Shown here one piece after another: positions 43,553 through 54,557 of a stretch of DNA of 64,000 bases. A program made the translations under genes and the position numbers. Location: positions 10,223 to 74,222 of the forward strand of contig CAVQOL010000014.1 in NCBI GenBank assembly GCA_963714415.1, read 5' to 3'. This DNA is from an uncultured Ignavibacteriaceae bacterium (GTDB lineage Bacteria; Bacteroidota; Ignavibacteria; Ignavibacteriales; Ignavibacteriaceae). Position 1 is the first letter of the stretch; each line of letters opens with the position of its first letter. The notes beneath the pieces are model-generated. The model saw nothing but the letters and a program-made list of their open reading frames with translations. It made no database searches and was not told the DNA's origin.

Positions 43553-44343
43553 TGGCTAAGAACACTAAGGAAAAAATTCCAACTATTATTGGTATAATCC
43601 CTGCAAGATTTGCCTCAACCAGACTTATGGGAAAACCGCTGGCTGATATCGGCGGCAAACCAATGATGCAGCATACTTATGAATCAGCTTTAACATCAAA
43701 ACTTTTGCATAAAGTAATTTTAGCTGTTGATGACGAAAAAGTCTTTAAAGTAGCTCAAAGTTTTGGTGCAGAAGTTATGCTTACTCCTAAAAATGTTCCA
43801 ACCGGTTCGGATAGAATTGCGTTAGTTGCAAGAAAATATGATAATGCAGAAATAATTGTGAACATTCAGGGAGATGAACCTTTTATTAGTGGGGTAATGA
43901 TCGATCAGGCAATTGAACCGCTGTTATTTGATAAAACGGTTAATGTTTCAACTCTTGCAAAAAAAATTGATTCAATTAAAGAACTGGAATCACCTTCAAT
44001 TGTTAAAGTTGTTTTTGATTATAAAAACTTTGCGATGTATTTCTCTCGTTCACCAATTCCTTACGTAAGAAATGCACGAAGTAAAGAAGAGATTTTTGAA
44101 AAAGCAGATATATTTAAACACATCGGACTATATGTTTATCGTAAAGATTATTTATTAAAATTTACACAGCTTGCACCGACTGACCTTGAGAACATTGAAA
44201 AGCTTGAACAGCTAAGAATGCTTGAAAATGGATTCAGGATAAAAATTGTTGAAACAGAATATGATTCGTTTTCAGTAGATACACCAGATGATCTTGACCG
44301 TGCAAGAAAAATTTATGAACTAATTAAAAATTCGAAAGACTGA
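43552..44343 (+). CDS. kdsB: 3-deoxy-manno-octulosonate cytidylyltransferase (CMP-Kdo synthetase)
   Basis: IIGIIPARFASTRLMGKPLADIGGKPMMQH and VNIQGDEPF. Confidence 0.9.
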   Translation: MAKNTKEKIPTIIGIIPARFASTRLMGKPLADIGGKPMMQHTYESALTSKLLHKVILAVDDEKVFKVAQSFGAEVMLTPKNVPTGSDRIALVARKYDNAEIIVNIQGDEPFISGVMIDQAIEPLLFDKTVNVSTLAKKIDSIKELESPSIVKVVFDYKNFAMYFSRSPIPYVRNARSKEEIFEKADIFKHIGLYVYRKDYLLKFTQLAPTDLENIEKLEQLRMLENGFRIKIVETEYDSFSVDTPDDLDRARKIYELIKNSKD

Positions 44344-44344
44344 A

Positions 44345-45304
44345 ATGAAAATACCATCAAAAGAGCCGCTTGCTTTAATTCCAACTCCAATCGAAACAAT
44401 TTTATTTCAAAATAAAAAATTCCTGATAAAAAGAGACGACCTCACCGGATGTGAATCATCCGGGAATAAAATTAGAAAACTTGAATATTTGATTTTCGAA
44501 GCACTAAAGGAAAAAGCTGATGTAGTTATGACCTGCGGTGGTTCTCAGTCGAATCATGCCAGAGCTACAACTATTGCCGCTTGCAGAGCAGGATTAAAAA
44601 CTAAATTATTTCTTTGGGGGAGTGAATCATCAATCCCTGATGGAAATCATTTTCTGAACATTATGTATGGTGCTGATATAACTTATCTTACAAAACGTGA
44701 ATACGATAATGTAAACGAAATTATGCAGAAGGAAAGAAAAGCTCTAAAAAGGAAAAAGAAAACTGCTTACATTATTCCTGAAGGGGGTTCAACAACAACA
44801 GGAATTTTGGGTTACATTGATTTTGTAAGTGAATTAAAAAAACAGGTCGATATAAATGAACTGAACGGAATTGTATTAGCTTGTGGAAGTGGTGGAACTG
44901 CTGCCGGAATTCTTGCAGGGCTTTCTTACTGTAAATCAGAACTTAAAATTTATGGCATAAATGTTTTATATGAGGAATATGAATTAAGAAAGAAAATCCT
45001 TAATCTCACTCAGGCTGCAATACTTGAGTTTAATCTTAACTGTAGAATGCGAAATGAAAATCTGATCATACTTGACGGATACTCAAGGGAAGGGTATAAA
45101 AGCATCAACAAAGACAAACTTAAGCTGATGAAAAGTTTTGCGAAGGAAACCGGAATATTATTGGATCCGGCATACACTGGAAAGGCTTTTAAAGCATATT
45201 ATGATAGGTTTTTGTTAAAAGGTAAAGGTAGTAAAAATATTTTTCTGCACACAGGAGGAATTTTTGGTATTTTTGGCAGAACAGAAGAATATTTATCTGC
45301 TTAA
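44345..45304 (+). CDS. PLP-dependent ACC deaminase / D-cysteine desulfhydrase family enzyme
   Basis: GNKIRKLEYL (PLP lysine), CGGSQSNHARATT and LACGSGGTAAG. Confidence 0.8.
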   Translation: MKIPSKEPLALIPTPIETILFQNKKFLIKRDDLTGCESSGNKIRKLEYLIFEALKEKADVVMTCGGSQSNHARATTIAACRAGLKTKLFLWGSESSIPDGNHFLNIMYGADITYLTKREYDNVNEIMQKERKALKRKKKTAYIIPEGGSTTTGILGYIDFVSELKKQVDINELNGIVLACGSGGTAAGILAGLSYCKSELKIYGINVLYEEYELRKKILNLTQAAILEFNLNCRMRNENLIILDGYSREGYKSINKDKLKLMKSFAKETGILLDPAYTGKAFKAYYDRFLLKGKGSKNIFLHTGGIFGIFGRTEEYLSA

Positions 45305-45371
45305 TTTATTTTGTTTGGCAGTTATATTGAAAATATTTTATTTTAAGTCATAAATAAAAGAAAGTTCTAAA

Positions 45372-45812
45372 ATGGATTGTATTTTTTGTAATATTGCCGC
45401 AGGCAATGCTGATACACAAGTAATTTTTGAGAATGAAAATTACAAAGCTTTCCTTGACATCAATCCGGTTAACTACGGTCACACCCTTGTAATTCCTAAA
45501 AAACATTATGATAATTTTCTAACGGTTCCTGAAAATGAGTTAAATGGTTTGGTAAAACTGACTCAGTTTCTGGCGGGAGTTATTAAACGTAGTTTGAATG
45601 CAGACGGTTTCAACATTATTTCAAATAATGGAACCTCTGCCGGGCAAAGTGTCTTTCATTCTCACTTTCATATTATTCCCCGATTTGATAAGGATTTTGC
45701 AATGAAACCTGAGACTAAAACTTATTCCGAAAATTCTATGAATGAGTATGCAGACAAAATCCGCTCATTCGTAACAAAGTATGAGGACTTGCTGAATGCA
45801 AAAGAAAATTAG
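45372..45812 (+). CDS. HIT (histidine triad) family protein
   Basis: CIFCNI..., [15 protein letters not shown] and the triad HSHFHIIPR. Confidence 0.88.
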   Translation: MDCIFCNIAAGNADTQVIFENENYKAFLDINPVNYGHTLVIPKKHYDNFLTVPENELNGLVKLTQFLAGVIKRSLNADGFNIISNNGTSAGQSVFHSHFHIIPRFDKDFAMKPETKTYSENSMNEYADKIRSFVTKYEDLLNAKEN

Positions 45813-46203
45813 AGTCTTAATTGCTAAAGCCGGTTTAGATGGTCACGACAGAGGTGCAAAAGTTATTGCAGCGGCACTTCGTGATGCGGGAATGGAAGTT
45901 ATTTATACAGGTCTTAGACAAACCCCTGAAATGATAGTTGAAGCTGCGCTCCAGGAAGATGTGGATGTTATTGGAATAAGTATTCTTTCAGGAGCACATA
46001 TGACTATTCTTCCAAAGATTAAAAAACTTATGGATGAAAAAGGATTAAATGATACCTTATTAACCGGCGGCGGAATTATACCTGAAGAAGATATTATTAA
46101 ATTAAAAGATATTGGGGTTGGCGAATTATTTACTCCGGGTGCTCCAACAACTGCAATTGCAGATTATATAAAGAAATGGTGCACTGCAAATCCACGATTA
46201 TAA
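45796..46203 (+). CDS. Stand-alone cobalamin-binding domain (methylmalonyl-CoA mutase small-subunit type)
   Basis: [33 protein letters not shown] contains DxHxxG. Also [13 protein letters not shown]. Overlaps the HIT gene by 17 nt. Confidence 0.85.
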   Translation: MQKKIRVLIAKAGLDGHDRGAKVIAAALRDAGMEVIYTGLRQTPEMIVEAALQEDVDVIGISILSGAHMTILPKIKKLMDEKGLNDTLLTGGGIIPEEDIIKLKDIGVGELFTPGAPTTAIADYIKKWCTANPRL

Positions 46204-46304
46204 ATAAAATAATTATAATAAATTTTTGTCTTTTCCAAGATCAAATTTCGAAACATCTTCTTTTAAGATTTTCGTCTTATCGTCCATAAAATAAAAATCT
46301 ATTA

Positions 46305-48791
46305 TTAGCTGATTTCTTCTGAATTCAAAGTAAAAATAACTTTTGTACCCCGATCTTTTTCACTTTCAACTCTTAGATCTCCGCCGTGTTTATTCACAAT
46401 TTCTTTACAAAGCATTAATCCTAAGCCCGTACCTTTTTCCTGTTCTGTTCCTCTGGTGGAGAAAGTAGAATCAATTTTAAATAATTTATCAATATCTTCA
46501 GGTTCAATACCAATTCCATTATCCTCAATAGAAATTTCAATAATCTCGTCATAAATAGTGGAATCAATAATAACCTCTCCAAAACGGTTTGTAAACTTTA
46601 TTGAATTCGATATTAGATTCTGGAATAATGAATTAAGCATATACTTGTCGCCCCAGACGAATGTACCCTGCTGTATATTATTTTTAATCTTTGTATTCTT
46701 TAGTTCTGATGTTTGGAAAAGAAGCATTTTAGTGCTTTCAACAATTTCAAAAAGATCAATTTTACTTGGATGGTATTTCAATCTGCCGGTTTGTAATCGA
46801 GACCATTCCAACAAATTTTCAATTAGCTTATATGTGCTTTCAGCAGATTCATTTAAGGCGAGAACAAAACTTCTTAACTCTTCTCCACTAAGTTCATCGA
46901 AATCTTCAACAATTAATCTTGATAAACCCATTAAACCCTGGAATGGACTTTTTAAATCATGAGCAACAATTGAGAAAAACTTATCTTTAGATGCATTTAA
47001 TTCCTGTAATTCAGCAGAATAACTTTTTAGTTTATAATCCGAATTCTTTTTCGTTATGGCACTTGCAATCTGTTCACACACATAGGTCAATATTCTCAAT
47101 TCTTCCTGGCCATAAGTTTTTGGTTCTTCATAATCCTGAACTACGAGTGTACCAATTGTTTTTTCTCCAATCTTTAAAGGAACACCGAGCCATATTTGAG
47201 CAGGTTCACCCAATAAATTGGTTTCACCAAGTTTTCTTAATGCCATATCAAGTTCTGAATCAATTAAATGTGCCTTACCGGATCTCAATATGTACTCAGT
47301 TAAACCTTTGCCTGCAATTCTTGGCATAGGTTGTTCGTCAAACTGATCAACAAAATAGGGGAATGAAAGTATTTTGGTATTTTCATCATACAAAGCGATA
47401 TAAAAATTATCTGCCTTCATCAAAGATTTTACAGCCTGATGAATTTCAGAGTACAGATCATCCATTTCATCAACTGAATTTACTGCAGTTGATATTTTCA
47501 GAAGTGTTTGCTGTATAAGTTCAGACTTTTTAATTTGAGTGAAATCAGTAGAAATTCCAAATGTCCCAATTATTTTTCCATTTTCATCTTTCAAAGGAAC
47601 TCTGGTAGTATTTACCCAGCTGATTGAACCATCCTCGCCAGGTTTCCTTTTCAATTTTGTTAATTATCGTTTCTTTGCCATTTATTAGTTTTAATTCATC
47701 AGCTCTTGCTACTATCAGCATGTTCTTTAGAAAAAATGTCATAATCTGTTTTACCAATTAGTTGTTCAAAATCACTAAAGCCAAGTTAAGTAATGGTTGC
47801 TTTATTTACCTTTATAAATCTACTATCAAGATCTTTGAAATAGATAGAAAAAGGAATGTAATCCATAAAATATTGCGTAAGATTTCTTTCCCATGAAATG
47901 ATGCTTATCTTTTTCTTTTCTTTCAGATATATCTCTTACAATAAGTATGAGATCATGTTCATTCTCAGAATCAATAACTGAAGCGGAAATCTCAACAGGA
48001 ATGGTTTGGCCATCACTTTTATAGGCTATAGTTTCAAATGAATTGCTAATTGTACTAGTATTAACCTTTAGATTTATTGCTTTAAATTTATTTTCAATTA
48101 CGTTCCTATTTTCCTTAGGGAAAATTAAATCTATTAAATTTTTGCCTTCTGTAGCTTTATAGTTATATCCAAATATCTTTTCTGCGGTTTTATTCCAATA
48201 AGTGATTTTAAATTCACCGGTTAATATTATTATACCGTCGGCTGCGGAGTTAGTAATTGTGTTAAATTTATTTTTTAACTCTCGAAGTTCTCTTTTTACT
48301 TTTATCTTTTCAGAATTGTCAGTAACAATTCCTACAATAACACTTTCTTTTTTAGTTTTTAACAATCCCACATTCAATGTAACCGGTATTATCTTTTTGC
48401 CATTTTTATGTAAGAGATTCACATCGTAATTGCGAGGTAATTCTTTTCCTGCGAACCGCAGTTCTGCTCTTTGCATCACTAACTTAAGATAACTTGGAGC
48501 AACCACATCTTTGAGTTTCAACTTCAGAAGTTCATCAGGTTTGTAACCAAGCATATTAGCTAAGGCTTCATTAACAGATTGGAAACCGGATTTTGACAGT
48601 ATAAATAGTCCGTCTAAAACGGTAGCTGCAACAGTCTCAAATTCACTAGCAGATTCAAGTTTGGTGAGTTTATTCTGTAATCGTTTTAACTTACTTTCAA
48701 GTTTAGAAATCTCTTCAAGTAAGTCAGATTTAGTTTTATTTTTATACTGATTTTTCAACAGTCGATTATTCCCAGAATTTTGTAATATCAA
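46305..48791 (-). pseudogene. Multi-PAS / GAF sensor histidine kinase, four lesions clustered in 47650-47930
   Basis: ORF 46305..47654 has PAS-C, GAF, the H-box FSIVAHDLKSPF and G-boxes (DNGIGI, GTGLGLMLCKEIV). ORF 47826..48791 has a coiled coil plus two PAS domains. The linker encodes a third PAS (ISWERNLTQYFMDYIPFSIYFKDLDSRFIKVNKATIT*LGFSDFEQLIGKTDYDIFSKEHA). Confidence 0.8.
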
Positions 48792-48945
48792 AATTTTCGA
48801 TGTTAAATATAATAAAACCTTTTGAACTCTATCACATAACCGTAAACTTTACAAGACGAGATAATCAGGTCTAAACACGTTTCTTTATATTAGAAAATCA
48901 TTTCTATATATTTGCACTTCATTTTTTGAAAACTTATTGGGAAAT

Positions 48946-51126
48946 ATGCAATACCTAAAGGATTTGAATCCTGTTCAGCGTGAGGCAGTTGAATATTTAG
49001 ATGGTCCTCAAATGATAATTGCCGGTGCTGGATCGGGAAAAACTAAAGTTTTAACGTATAAAGTTGCTTACCTTATTAAAAAAGGATTTGAGCCTGAAAC
49101 CATTCTTGCTCTGACTTTTACAAACAAAGCTGCCAATGAGATGAAAGAAAGAATTAAAGAACTTATTGGCAAAAAAGCTGATACGCTCTGGATGGGTACT
49201 TTCCATTCTATCTTTGCGAAAATTCTCAGAATAGAGGCTAAGCACATTAATTACTTAAGTAATTTTTCCATTTACGATACCATAGATTCTCTTTCACTTG
49301 TTCAGAGCATTATTACCGATTTTAACCTTGACATAGATGCACTTACTCCCAATTCTGTCAGGCACAGAATCAGCTTTCTTAAAAATTATATGATAATGCC
49401 GGCAGAATATAGAAAATCACATGCTAATTCTTTTCTTGATGAAAAAACTGCTGATATTTATACGGAATATCAAAAACGTTTAATTGAATATAACGCAATG
49501 GATTTTGATGATCTTTTGCTTAAACCTATTGAACTTTTTAATAACAGCAAGCACATTCATAATAAGTACAAAAAGAAATTCGGTTATATACTTGTGGATG
49601 AATTTCAGGATACAAACAAGGCGCAGTATGAATTATTAAAACTTCTTGTTACTCGTGAGGGCTATATTTCTGTAGTTGGTGATGATGCTCAAAGTATTTA
49701 CAGCTGGCGTGGAGCTAATTTGGGAAATATAGTAGATTTTCAGAAAGATTATCCAAAACATAAAATATTTAAACTTGAGCAGAATTATCGTTCAACAAAA
49801 ATGATTCTTAAAGCTGCTGATTCTATTATAAAGAATAATAAAGATCAGGTTGATAAAACTTTGTGGACCGAAAATCCTGAAGGTGAACTTATACAGATTG
49901 TAAAATGTTCCGATGAAAAAGATGAAGCGTCTCAGATATCTAAGTTCATTAAAAATGAAATGACAAAGAAAAAAATGTCATTCAATAATTTTGCAATTCT
50001 TTATAGAACTAATGCTCAGTCACGTGCTTTAGAAGATGTATTCAGAAGAGAAAAATTTCCCTATACAATAATTGGCGGGACAGAATTTTATAAAAGAAAA
50101 GAAGTGAAAGATGTAATCGCTTATCTTCGTGTAATATCTAACCAACAGGACGAAGAGAGCTTACTCAGAATTATGAATTTTCCGCAAAGAGGTATTGGTA
50201 CTACAACAATAACCAGAATGCTTGCTTTTGCAGATAAGCATAATTTAACACTGTTTGATACTATGCTAAGAGTTTTTGAAGTTATTGATATCAAAGAAAG
50301 AATTCAAAAAAATGTAAAAGGATTCAAAGTACTTCTGGATAAATATATTGAACTAAAAGATAAACTTTCTGTTGGAGAACTAACGCGTGCACTGGTTGAT
50401 GAGCTTGGAATTCTCAGAATGTTTAAAGAAGAAAACACACCCGAATCAATTTCAAGATATGAGAATATCGGCGAACTTTTAGGTTCACTAACTGAATTTT
50501 CTAATCAGAATAACAACGCGACTCTTGAGGAATTTCTTCAGGATGTATCTTTAGTCTCAGGTATTGATACTTATGAGGGAAAAAAGAACGCGGTTACTTT
50601 CTTAACTGTTCACAGTGCCAAAGGACTTGAATGGCCAATAGTATTTATTTCAGGATGTGAAGAAGATATCTTCCCTTTGTCACATAAATTTAGTACCGAC
50701 ACATCAGTTGGAGAAGAAAGAAGATTATTTTATGTCGCACTTACCAGAGCACAGCAGAAAGCTTATGTGCTTCACGCTCGTTCAAGATATCGTTTTGGAG
50801 AAGTTGCTTATCAAAGCAGATCAAGATTTATTGATGAACTTGATCCTGCCACGGTAAAAGAAGTAAACGGAAACATCGGAAGAAAATCAAACAGGAAAAC
50901 TAAAAAAGAAATCTACTACGAATATTTTGAAAAAGTTGATTACGAAGATTTTAATCAGGATAATAAATCTCTCAGACCGGGTTCAAGGGTAATGCATGAT
51001 AAATTCGGACTTGGAAAAGTTACAGAAGTTGTTGGATGTGGAGACACGCTTAAAGCCACTGTTCACTTTGAAGGAAATAATGTTAAGCAGCTTATGTTAA
51101 AGTTTGCAAAGCTTAAAGTGTTATAA
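48946..51126 (+). CDS. uvrD: UvrD/PcrA/Rep-family ATP-dependent DNA helicase
   Basis: AGAGSGKT, DEFQDTN, VGDDAQSIYSWRGA, QNYRST, TVHSAKGLEW and RRLFYVALTRA. The ATG at 48946 is preferred over the TTG at 48937. Confidence 0.92.
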   Translation: MQYLKDLNPVQREAVEYLDGPQMIIAGAGSGKTKVLTYKVAYLIKKGFEPETILALTFTNKAANEMKERIKELIGKKADTLWMGTFHSIFAKILRIEAKHINYLSNFSIYDTIDSLSLVQSIITDFNLDIDALTPNSVRHRISFLKNYMIMPAEYRKSHANSFLDEKTADIYTEYQKRLIEYNAMDFDDLLLKPIELFNNSKHIHNKYKKKFGYILVDEFQDTNKAQYELLKLLVTREGYISVVGDDAQSIYSWRGANLGNIVDFQKDYPKHKIFKLEQNYRSTKMILKAADSIIKNNKDQVDKTLWTENPEGELIQIVKCSDEKDEASQISKFIKNEMTKKKMSFNNFAILYRTNAQSRALEDVFRREKFPYTIIGGTEFYKRKEVKDVIAYLRVISNQQDEESLLRIMNFPQRGIGTTTITRMLAFADKHNLTLFDTMLRVFEVIDIKERIQKNVKGFKVLLDKYIELKDKLSVGELTRALVDELGILRMFKEENTPESISRYENIGELLGSLTEFSNQNNNATLEEFLQDVSLVSGIDTYEGKKNAVTFLTVHSAKGLEWPIVFISGCEEDIFPLSHKFSTDTSVGEERRLFYVALTRAQQKAYVLHARSRYRFGEVAYQSRSRFIDELDPATVKEVNGNIGRKSNRKTKKEIYYEYFEKVDYEDFNQDNKSLRPGSRVMHDKFGLGKVTEVVGCGDTLKATVHFEGNNVKQLMLKFAKLKVL

Positions 51127-51163
51127 TTTTTTTAGATAATTAATTTTAGGAGTATATGTAAAG

Positions 51164-52545
51164 ATGACTACAGCACCCAAAAAGTTAGCGATATTAGTGG
51201 GTGGAGGTCCTGCACCAGGAATTAATAGTGTTATTGGTGCTGCAACAATAAGAGCAGAAGTTGAAGGTATTGAAGTTATTGGTATTAAAGACGGATTTAA
51301 ATGGATTATGGAAGGTAATATTTCTGAAGTAAAAGAATTAACAATCCATAGTGTTAGCAGGATACATTTCAGGGGTGGATCTCATATTGGAATTTCAAGG
51401 GCAAATCCTACTAAAGATAAAAAACATCTTGAAAATGCTGTTAATTCACTATTAAGACTTAACGTGGATAAGTTAATTACAATTGGTGGTGATGACACTG
51501 CGTACAGTGCACTGAAAATAAATGAGATGGCTGCCGGCAGAATAAAAGTAGTTCATGTACCTAAAACAATTGATAACGATCTTGATCTTCCTCATGGTAT
51601 TCCTACTTTCGGTTTCCAAACCGCAAGACACATTGGTGTTGAAGTTGTTAAAAATTTGATGGTGGATGCACAAACAACTTCGCGCTGGTATTTTGTTGTT
51701 TCTATGGGAAGAAAAGCCGGGCATCTTGCATTGGGTATTGGTAAAGCAACAGGTGCAACTCTTGACATTAATTCCTGAAGAGTTTCAATCGAAAGAAATT
51801 AAACTTTCGCACATTGTTGATATCCTTGTCGGTGCGATAATCAAAAGATTGAGCTATGGTAAAACAGACGGCGTAGCAATTCTTGCTGAAGGATTAGTTG
51901 AGCATCTTAATCCTAATGATTTTGAATTTTTAGTTAATGTTGAAAGAGATGCACATGATAACATTAGAATAGCAGAAATAAACTTCGGTGAAATACTTAA
52001 ATCTAAAGTACAGGAAAGATTAAAACAGTTTGGAATAAAATCTACAATTGTTGCTAAAAATATTGGTTATGAATTAAGATGTGCCGATCCTATTCCATTT
52101 GATATGGAATACACGCGTGATCTGGGATTCTCAGCTGCTCAATTTATTCTGAGTGGTGGAAGTGGAGCAATGGTTTCAATTCAAAACGGTCACTTTGTAC
52201 CTTTGTACTTTCAAAGAGATTATTGATCCTGTTACACAAAGAACACGTGTCAGGATGGTTGATCCTGCATCTGAGACTTTCTATATTGCCAGAAGATATA
52301 TGCTGCGGTTAAATCATGCGGATTTTGAAGATCCTCACGAACTTGCTAAATATGCTGCAACTGCTGGTATATCTCTTGAAGAATTTAAAGAGCAGTTTTA
52401 TTATTTAATCGAAAAAGACCTTCTTTATAAAAACCTTAAAGAGGGAAAATTAAAGCTTGCGGCAAATGAAAGTAACACGTTATTCAAATCTTATGATGAA
52501 CCTGATTTGAGAGAGTTTGGCAACATTAGTGATGATCGATATTAA
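51164..52545 (+). pseudogene. pfp: Phosphofructokinase of the PPi-dependent type, two apparent frameshifts
   Basis: LAILVGGGPAPGINSVI, TIGGDDT, PKTIDNDL and MGRKAGHLALG. Pieces 51164..51778, 51666..52226 and 52153..52545 rejoin at ~51760 (GATLDINS*/LIPEEFQSKE) and ~52210 (VPLYFQRDY*/FKEIIDPVTQRT). Confidence 0.85.
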
Positions 52546-52565
52546 GTAAATATATTTTTTTCTTA

Positions 52566-52597
52566 CCCCGGACAGAAAAACAGCCGGGGTTTTTTAT
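52566..52597 (+). terminator. Rho-independent terminator after pfp
   Basis: CCCCGG-ACAGAAAAACAG-CCGGGG followed by TTTTTTAT. Confidence 0.8.
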
Positions 52598-52614
52598 GTT
52601 AATAATAATCCTGC

Positions 52615-52728
52615 TTACTTATTTCTTCTTTCAGATTTAATTACTTTGTAAAAACAGTAAGCCGCCAATAAAATTACTGTTCCCCAACCGAAAACAAGGA
52701 AAATAATTCCTTCTGTTGTTAAACCCAT
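52615..52728 (-). CDS. 37-aa single-TM small protein, candidate NSS-transporter small subunit (MetS-like)
   Basis: Not in the ORF track. Own translation: MGLTTEGIIFLVFGWGTVILLAAYCFYKVIKSERRNK*. The ATG shares one base with the transporter stop (TAATG). Confidence 0.6.
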   Translation of the reverse strand: MGLTTEGIIFLVFGWGTVILLAAYCFYKVIKSERRNK

Positions 52729-54287
52729 TATGCAGCCTCCTTATGATTTGTCCAGGCTTTTTTAACTAAGTAGAGTATTCCGAGTGCAATAGCTAACATT
52801 AAAATTCTTGAGCCCCAGATATAAGGAACATTTTCAGCAGGAACATTTTTAAGCAGTAAAGTTGGAATTGCACTTTCAATGAACCACCAAACCATTAGAA
52901 CCATTAAAATTATCGGTGTAATATATTTCATAATGTAATAGAAAAATCTTGGAATGATAAAATCTCCACCTTCATTCATTTCTTTCCAGGCTTTGTCCGC
53001 TCCGAAAACCCACATAAATAAAATTGTTTCTATCAAGGCAAACACAACCAATCCGAAAGTTCCTGCCCAATAATCCATTTCATCAAGAAAACCGAACCTG
53101 AGGAAAAATACAACAAACTGAACAGCAATCAATACTACAGCAGCCAAACTGAATACGGCTTTTTTACGATCCATACCAAATTCATCTTCAAGAAATGCAA
53201 TTATGGGTTGACCCATTGCAACCGACGAAGTTATTCCGGCAAAAAACAGAAGCAGAAACCACATAAATCCGAACAAAAAACCAAGAGGGAAGTGTTCACT
53301 TCCAAAAATTAATGGCATCGATACAAATCCGAGATTAAAAGCTCCGCCCTGAGCAAATTCTTTAGTAACATTTAAACCAAAAAAAGCAACTGCAACAGGA
53401 ATTGCAATTGAAGCACCAAGAACGACTTCTGCAAAAGCATTAGTAGATGCAGTTGTTAACCCTGAAAGTGCTATGTCATCTTTTGGTTTTAAGTAACTCG
53501 CATAAGCATGAATCGTCCCCATTCCAACAGACAGTGTGAAAAATATCTGTCCTGCAGCAGCCAACCAGATATTGGGATTTCCAAGTAGAGAAAAATCAGG
53601 ATTCCAAATAAATCCAAATCCGTTTGCCACAGAATATTCAGGATGAGTTGGATCAGGTGTGCCAAGTGTAATAATTCTTATAGCTAAAATAGTAGCAAAA
53701 AGAAATAACATTGGAAGAGCAAACTTTGCAAGTTTTTCAATACCTCTTGATATTCCGCGATAGAGAATCCAGAAGTTGATAAAAAATGTTATAATCATCA
53801 GTGACCATGCAGTCCATATGTTTGAAAAAGTTTCAGTCTGCTCAATTCCCTGATAGCTTGAAAGAAATGCGGACATAGTTTCACGGGATTCATTTGCATA
53901 TAGCCCGAACATTGAAAAAATGCTGAATCCTAAAGTCCAGGATTCAATGTAAGTGTAGTAAATAAGAATTGTTATTGATATAAATAAACCTAAAGCACCA
54001 AAGTATTTTGCTAATTTATTTTTCCAGATTACATCGAACATACCGGGAGCACTTCCGTGTCTGAATCTTCCGCCGTGTCTTCCGATTCCCCATTCTATCC
54101 ACATAAGGGGAATTCCAAGTATAAGAAAGAATATAAAATACGGAATCATAAAAGCACCACCGCCGTTTTGTGCAGCCTGAACCGGAAAACGTAAAAAATT
54201 TCCTAATCCAACTGCATTACCGGCAACTGCTAAGATCAGTCCGATTTTAGTACCCCATTGTTCTCTTTCAGTTAACTGCGGCATCAA
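52728..54287 (-). CDS. Sodium-dependent transporter, neurotransmitter:sodium symporter (NSS/SNF) family
   Basis: 519 aa with about 12 TM segments. Signature VAGNAVGLGNFLRFP. GGAGG SD upstream. Confidence 0.9.
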   Translation of the reverse strand: MMPQLTEREQWGTKIGLILAVAGNAVGLGNFLRFPVQAAQNGGGAFMIPYFIFFLILGIPLMWIEWGIGRHGGRFRHGSAPGMFDVIWKNKLAKYFGALGLFISITILIYYTYIESWTLGFSIFSMFGLYANESRETMSAFLSSYQGIEQTETFSNIWTAWSLMIITFFINFWILYRGISRGIEKLAKFALPMLFLFATILAIRIITLGTPDPTHPEYSVANGFGFIWNPDFSLLGNPNIWLAAAGQIFFTLSVGMGTIHAYASYLKPKDDIALSGLTTASTNAFAEVVLGASIAIPVAVAFFGLNVTKEFAQGGAFNLGFVSMPLIFGSEHFPLGFLFGFMWFLLLFFAGITSSVAMGQPIIAFLEDEFGMDRKKAVFSLAAVVLIAVQFVVFFLRFGFLDEMDYWAGTFGLVVFALIETILFMWVFGADKAWKEMNEGGDFIIPRFFYYIMKYITPIILMVLMVWWFIESAIPTLLLKNVPAENVPYIWGSRILMLAIALGILYLVKKAWTNHKEAA

Positions 54288-54557
54288 ACCTCCAAAATAG
54301 TGCGTTGAACTTTGTTGATGTAAATATTGATGGGAAATATGAAGACTTTGAAATTTAATATCAAATTATTTTTTGGTTGATTAACTTTTTTTGTACTTAG
54401 CAATTTTTTTTATCAAAGGATTTATATTGGCTTATTCGGGAATTTTACTTCCTTTAGGTCGTTATAGTTTGAATGGGTTTCGTATTACAAACTGATTTAT
54501 TATTAAAAAACTAATTATTAAATTTACATTCATATAATTATAACGAGAGAAAAAAAT

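Noticed and set aside
54288-54557. The 270-bp leader between the NSS transporter and the hydroxylase as a riboswitch or ncRNA.
   Set aside because: I could not recognise any conserved riboswitch core or a convincing stem-loop series by eye. A covariance-model scan would be needed.
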